From: Alphaproteobacteria bacterium
GTDB taxonomy: Bacteria > Pseudomonadota > Alphaproteobacteria > SP197
Direction of reading: 5' to 3'
DNA length: 64,000 nt
NCBI GenBank assembly: GCA_965228895.1
Contig: OZ245842.1
Location: forward strand, 3,968,001 to 4,032,000
Shown: positions 59,039 to 64,000 of the stretch, piece after piece
Position numbering within the stretch: the stretch's first letter is position 1
Layout of the letters: the number at the start of each line of letters is the position of its first letter
Position numbers and translations under genes: made by a program
Notes under the pieces: generated by a model
The model's input: the letters and a program-made list of their open reading frames with translations, nothing else
The model's database searches: none
What the model was told of the DNA's origin: nothing

Positions 59039-60229
59039 CTAGGCTGCGGTTTCGTCGCTCCCGCCAGCCGCTCTTCGGCGTCTCATGTACGCCACAATGG
59101 GAAACGGCAGGTAGATCAGAAGCAGCGCGACGACCGCGATCGGCAGGCCGTGTGGCGGCAGGAGATCCATGACGCCGCCGGCGACCGGCGGGCCGACGAT
59201 ACTGCCGATGCCCCACATCGAGCTGAAGACGGCAGTCGACGCCGCAAGATCGGCGCCGCGAAACTGTTCACCCAGCAGCACCAGGCCAAGCGTGTAAAAG
59301 CTGCCGAGTACCCCGCCGACAACGAACATAAAAAGCCAGTTCCATGGCACCGATGCCGCCAGAAGCGGCAACGCGGCAAAGACGACGGCCACAAGAAATA
59401 CACTCGCCGCCAACAGCAGGCGGCGGTCCATGTAGTCGGCCAGCCAGCCTATCGGGACCTGACAGGCAATACCGCCCACACCCATGGCCACAATCATGTA
59501 AAGCGCGAGGTCTTCCATCAGTCCCTGGTCGATGGCGTAGAGCGGCAGAAAGGTAATGAGCACACTGTCGACGGCGGCAGCGGTGAAGTTGGCCAGCATT
59601 GCCGCTGGCGCCAGCAGCAGGAACATCAACAGGCGTGCGGACGTCTTGCCGTGCATGGTCGGCGCGACCGATTGCGCAAAAAGAAGAGGTATCGCCGAGA
59701 TCGCAATCATCGCAGCGGCCAGAAGGAACGGCAGCCATCCCTCACTTCCGGTTTGCGCCAGGACGAGCGGACCAAGCGCGAAGCCGCCGGCAAGCGCGGC
59801 GCTGTAGAGACCGACAATGCGGCCGCGCGAGCGTTCCTCGGCGATTTCGTTGACCCAGACCTCACCGGCGATCCACAGAAAGGCGTTGGCCGAACCCAAC
59901 AGGAAGCGGATGAGGAACCAGGCGTAGACGTTCGGGAAGACGGGCAGCAGCAGAAACAGCGTCAGGCTCAAGCCGACGGAGATCAGCATCAGGCGGGCCG
60001 GGCCGAGCGTGCCGATGACCCGCGATGCGATCGGCGCAACGGCGAAGACCGCGAGGCCTTGCACCGCCGTGTTCAATCCGATCATCGTATCGTCGACGCC
60101 TTGCCGTTCGAGGATCAGGGCGAGCAGCGGATAACTGAAGCCATAAATCAGACTCGTCACGGCCATCGACGAGACGACCGCAACAAGACTGAGCCGCCGT
60201 TTGCCGGCGCTTGCAATGGCGGTGTTCAT
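59039..60229 (-). CDS. MFS transporter
   Basis: About 12 TM segments, GWLADYMDRR, RGRIVGLY. Confidence 0.9.
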   Translation of the reverse strand: MNTAIASAGKRRLSLVAVVSSMAVTSLIYGFSYPLLALILERQGVDDTMIGLNTAVQGLAVFAVAPIASRVIGTLGPARLMLISVGLSLTLFLLLPVFPNVYAWFLIRFLLGSANAFLWIAGEVWVNEIAEERSRGRIVGLYSAALAGGFALGPLVLAQTGSEGWLPFLLAAAMIAISAIPLLFAQSVAPTMHGKTSARLLMFLLLAPAAMLANFTAAAVDSVLITFLPLYAIDQGLMEDLALYMIVAMGVGGIACQVPIGWLADYMDRRLLLAASVFLVAVVFAALPLLAASVPWNWLFMFVVGGVLGSFYTLGLVLLGEQFRGADLAASTAVFSSMWGIGSIVGPPVAGGVMDLLPPHGLPIAVVALLLIYLPFPIVAYMRRRRAAGGSDETAA

Positions 60230-60292
60230 CGGCCGTCCAACGCCGCCATGTATCCGCGAGGCATCACCAACCTCTTCGGTTCCTCGGGCGTA

Positions 60293-61303
60293 CTAGTCGT
60301 AGGGGTCCCAGGCCGGCGCGCCGGTCGTGAGCGCTTCCTTCACTGCGGCGAGGAACCGGTCGGGGTCGATCGTGCTCTCGGCGCCGTTGGTCGTGTGCAG
60401 CGCCGGTGCAATTTGTTCGACACCGTCGAACTGCCAGGTCGCCCCGCCGGTCTCCAACGCGGTGAGTTTCTCCGCCAGCGGCTTGAGGTCGCGGCGTTCC
60501 GGTGGCGGATCGTTGACCATCTGCACCCAGCTTTCGTAGCGATAGCCTAACCGCAGCCGCTGGCCGCACACCGTCGCCACCCGGTTGCAGTGCGTCCGGT
60601 TGTGAACGGCCATCGGGTGGCACAGCACCTGGCGGTCTTGGGTGAATTGGTGAGCCGGCCGCTCCTTCCAGTTTGACGGGATGCGCACGACCACGAGGTC
60701 GGCGTCGTTGTCCTCCTCCAAGACAATCTCACCGCGGTCGATGGCGTCTTCGCTGTCGTCCAGCAGCGCGTCTTCGTCCTTCCAGAGATCGCGAAACGCG
60801 TCGGTATCGGCCGCGATGTCGGCGATCATCGGAATAAGGCGCGTATACATCTCCGCGCAGTAGGCCATGTAGTCGTCCGGAAATGCCGCCGGTGGCAGGG
60901 TCGACGTTTCCTTGTGAGCCAACGCCGAAAGCGTGAAGGCGATGCGCGCCGCCTGACGCGTGCGGTAGGTCGAGAAATCGCCGGCATGGGACGCATCGCA
61001 CAAGAGTTTGCGGTGACTGAGCGCCGTCTCGGGATCAATCATCACGAACAACGCGATCAGCCCGTCCTCGTCGAAGTGGTCGTTGGTCACCACCTCGACT
61101 GGTTTGTGGAACGACGCGTCGTCGAGATAGCGAAAAACGATCTCGACCGAGGTGTCTGCCTTCAACGCTTTTGGCGTTCCACTCTTGGGCCAATGCGACA
61201 GCGACAACACGGTGTGATCGTTGGCGCCGCCGTCGACCACGATGTTTTCGGCTTGGGCGGCTTCGGCATAGGGCACATAACGATGGCGGACGGGCAGTGT
61301 CAT
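60293..61303 (-). CDS. Conserved hypothetical protein (DUF6687-like, DHH-phosphoesterase-like motifs)
   Basis: VVDG, LSHWP, DHFDEDG, AGDF, YESWV. Confidence 0.6.
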   Translation of the reverse strand: MTLPVRHRYVPYAEAAQAENIVVDGGANDHTVLSLSHWPKSGTPKALKADTSVEIVFRYLDDASFHKPVEVVTNDHFDEDGLIALFVMIDPETALSHRKLLCDASHAGDFSTYRTRQAARIAFTLSALAHKETSTLPPAAFPDDYMAYCAEMYTRLIPMIADIAADTDAFRDLWKDEDALLDDSEDAIDRGEIVLEEDNDADLVVVRIPSNWKERPAHQFTQDRQVLCHPMAVHNRTHCNRVATVCGQRLRLGYRYESWVQMVNDPPPERRDLKPLAEKLTALETGGATWQFDGVEQIAPALHTTNGAESTIDPDRFLAAVKEALTTGAPAWDPYD

Positions 61304-61371
61304 GACAGGTCCCTCCTTGAGCGTCATGATGGCAAAACCCTCATTTTTGTAAAGGATTTTGTTTCGTTATT

Positions 61372-61767
61372 ATGGGTGATACTCCCCGACCTGCTGTCAT
61401 CGTGCATACGGCAGAGCACGTACGCCTTGTCCTCGACATCGCGGGCACCGCTCAGCCGGTCGTGCTGACACCGCCTGGTGCCCAAGCCTACGCGGGTGTT
61501 GCCTATTTGTGGGCGATGACGGCGCCGGCGCGCGCGGCAGGTCTTGAGGTCCGCATCGACTGTGGCGGCGATGCGGGTTTTGCCATGGCGGCCATCCGCA
61601 CGGGATGGCGGCACCTTCACATGTCCGGCGTTGACGCCATGCTCGCCAAGATCGAGGACATGGTGGGTCAGGTCGGCGGCACGCTCTACCGATCGCTTCC
61701 GCCCGCCATCGATCTTGCCCAAGCCGATCGCCCCGAAGCCGCGTTGAAAGACTGGTTTGGCGTCTGA
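61372..61767 (+). CDS. Hypothetical protein upstream of fbaB
   Basis: Plausible ORF with DCGGDAGFAMAAIRTG; same strand as fbaB. Confidence 0.6.
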   Translation: MGDTPRPAVIVHTAEHVRLVLDIAGTAQPVVLTPPGAQAYAGVAYLWAMTAPARAAGLEVRIDCGGDAGFAMAAIRTGWRHLHMSGVDAMLAKIEDMVGQVGGTLYRSLPPAIDLAQADRPEAALKDWFGV

Positions 61768-61842
61768 GTTCCGTTGCAAAGCCGGGTGCCGTGGGCTATC
61801 CAGCAGCGAGCACCAAAACGGTGAAAATCGGGGACGGAAACC

Positions 61843-62763
61843 ATGAAAATTACGCGTCGCGTCAAGCAGATCCTTTCCTATTACGAGGGCGAAACGCCGG
61901 GCGTGAAAGCGAACCTGGCGCGTATCCTGATGCATGGCCGTCTGGGCGGTTCGGGTCACGTAGTGATCCTGCCCGTCGACCAAGGCTGGGAACACGGACC
62001 GGCGCGCAGCTTCGCCAAAAATCCGCCGGCCTATGACCCGCACTATCATTACCAGCTCGCCATCGATGCCGGCCTGAACGCGTACGCCGCGCCGCTGGGA
62101 TTCCTGGAAGCCGGCGCCGATACGTTTGCCGGCGCCATCCCGACCATCCTGAAAGCCAACAACTCCAACAGCCTGGCGACGACGAAGGACCAGGCGGTCA
62201 CCGCCTCGGTCGAAGACGCGCTACGGCTGGGCTGTTCGGCCATCGGCTTCACCATGTATCCGGGATCCGACCAGCAGTTCGAGATGGTCGAGGAGATCCG
62301 CGAAATGTCGCTGGAGGCGAAGTCCTACGGCATCGCCACCGTCGTATGGTCCTACCCGCGCGGCGGCAACCTCTCCAAGCAAGGCGAGACGGCGATCGAC
62401 ATCACCGCCTACGCCGCCCAGCTTGCCGCCCAAATCGGCGCCAACATCATCAAGGTGAAACCGCCGACAGATCACATCGAGCAGGACGAAGCCCGCAAGG
62501 TCTACGAGTCGGAGAAAATCGATATCTTGACGCTTCACGCGCGCATTGCCCACGTCATGCAGTCGGCCTTCAACGGCCGCCGGCTTGTCGTCTTTTCGGG
62601 CGGCGCGGCCAAGGATCTGGACGGCGTCTTCTCCGAGATATCGGAGATCCATAAGGGCGGTGGCACCGGGTCGATCATCGGTCGCAACACGTTCCAGCGT
62701 CCGCGCGAAGACGCACTCGCCATGCTCGACCGCATCATCAAGATCTACCAGGGCAAGGGCTGA
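61843..62763 (+). CDS. fbaB: Class I fructose-bisphosphate aldolase (DhnA/FbaB type)
   Basis: LPVDQGWEHGP, WSYPRG, IIKVK, FSGGA, IIGRN. Confidence 0.93.
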   Translation: MKITRRVKQILSYYEGETPGVKANLARILMHGRLGGSGHVVILPVDQGWEHGPARSFAKNPPAYDPHYHYQLAIDAGLNAYAAPLGFLEAGADTFAGAIPTILKANNSNSLATTKDQAVTASVEDALRLGCSAIGFTMYPGSDQQFEMVEEIREMSLEAKSYGIATVVWSYPRGGNLSKQGETAIDITAYAAQLAAQIGANIIKVKPPTDHIEQDEARKVYESEKIDILTLHARIAHVMQSAFNGRRLVVFSGGAAKDLDGVFSEISEIHKGGGTGSIIGRNTFQRPREDALAMLDRIIKIYQGKG

Positions 62764-62777
62764 TCTGACCGAAGGCC

Positions 62778-63383
62778 ATGCCCGCCGCCGAGCCTTGCCG
62801 GCTCTACCTGATTTCGCCAGCAGCGCTTGAGCCCGCGTCCTTTGCCGAGACGCTCGACGGCGTACTCGGCGCCGGCGATGTCGCGTGTTTTCGTCTGGAC
62901 ATCGACGGCGACGGCGACGCCATCGTGCAGGCCGCTGCGGCCCTGGTGCCTGTGTGCCAGGCGCATGACACGGCCCTGCTGCTGACCGACGCGTCAGGTT
63001 TGGTCGCACCGACCGGGGCCGACGGTGTCCACATGACCGGCTCGCTCGACGACATCCGCGAACAGTTGCCGGACGGCGCCATACTGGGCGCAGGCTGCGG
63101 CCTGTCGCGCCATGACGCGTTGGTCGCCGGCGATCTGGAGGCCGACTATGTCAGCTTCGGGCCGGCCGGTCCCGAGGCCGCCGAGATCATTGGCTGGTGG
63201 AACCAGATGGTGGTCCTGCCCAGCGTTGCCGAGGGCATCGGCTCGCTGGATGACGCCGCAATAATGGCCGGCTCGGGCGCTGACTTTCTGGGCCTGCGCG
63301 CGGTCGTATGGGATCATCCGGAGGACCCCGAAGCCGCGGTTGCGGCGTTCGACACCGCGATTGCCAAGTACCGGGACCACTGA
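62778..63383 (+). CDS. thiE: Thiamine-phosphate synthase-like protein
   Basis: RLYLISP, GADGVH, SRHDA, DYVSFG; usual position before efp. Confidence 0.75.
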   Translation: MPAAEPCRLYLISPAALEPASFAETLDGVLGAGDVACFRLDIDGDGDAIVQAAAALVPVCQAHDTALLLTDASGLVAPTGADGVHMTGSLDDIREQLPDGAILGAGCGLSRHDALVAGDLEADYVSFGPAGPEAAEIIGWWNQMVVLPSVAEGIGSLDDAAIMAGSGADFLGLRAVVWDHPEDPEAAVAAFDTAIAKYRDH

Positions 63384-63426
63384 TAGCTTCCGCGCCCGCA
63401 ACCAACCCATCCAGATAGGTCATTCG

Positions 63427-63993
63427 ATGAAGATCGACGGCAACGCGATCCGTCCAGGCAACGTGATCGAACACAAAGGCCGCCTGCTGGTCGCGACCAA
63501 GATCCAGCATACCCAGCCCGGCAAGGGCGGCGCCTACCTTCAGGTCGAACTGAAGGATATCCGCGACGGCACCAAGCTGAACGAGCGTTTCCGCTCATCG
63601 GAATCGGTCGAGCGGGTGCGCCTCTATGACAAGCCCTATCAGTACCTCTTTGCCGACGGCGATCTCTATACCTTCATGGATACGGAGACCTATGAGCAGA
63701 TCACCATCAACGGGGACATGCTGGGCGACCAGGCCGCCTATCTGCAGGACGGCATGATGGTGACGGTTCTGTCCTATGAAGACGAGCCGATCAGCATCGA
63801 ACTGCCGGAAACCGTGACACTGGAGATCACCGAGACCGAAGCGGTGGTCAAAGGCCAGACGGCCACCTCGTCCTATAAGCCCGCGACACTGGAGAACGGC
63901 CTGCGTGTCATGGTGCCGCCCCACGTCGAAGCCGGCACCCGCATCGTCGTCAGTACCGTCGACTCGACCTACCGCGAACGCGCGAAGGACTGA
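63427..63993 (+). CDS. efp: Elongation factor P
   Basis: [28 protein letters not shown]. Confidence 0.97.
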   Translation: MKIDGNAIRPGNVIEHKGRLLVATKIQHTQPGKGGAYLQVELKDIRDGTKLNERFRSSESVERVRLYDKPYQYLFADGDLYTFMDTETYEQITINGDMLGDQAAYLQDGMMVTVLSYEDEPISIELPETVTLEITETEAVVKGQTATSSYKPATLENGLRVMVPPHVEAGTRIVVSTVDSTYRERAKD

Positions 63994-64000
63994 GAGTGTT

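Overview
GC-rich chromosomal window from an alphaproteobacterium. A class I lysS, the zapA-6S RNA-ygfA block and the tkt-gap-pgk-fbaB-thiE-efp block suggest a Rhodospirillales-like organism. It holds about 60 mostly intact genes, and I saw no transposase, integrase, phage genes, CRISPR array, rRNA or tRNA. Housekeeping genes (pyrD, metF with a SahR-like regulator, lysS, dinG, tkt, gap, pgk, fbaB, efp, 6S RNA) are interleaved with catabolic accessory genes. The most notable observations are: (1) an aromatic-amino-acid-lyase homologue lacking the MIO-forming Ala-Ser-Gly motif, next to a 2OG-Fe(II) oxygenase; (2) a carnitine-catabolism-like cluster with a stand-alone GAF gene; (3) a ureEFGD cluster with no ureABC; (4) a TRAP transporter whose binding protein lacks the canonical Arg; (5) a 69-bp palindrome in two copies that differ by a compensatory base pair; (6) two structured intergenic RNA candidates sharing a 10-mer. 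All calls come from reading motifs by eye. No database search was run.
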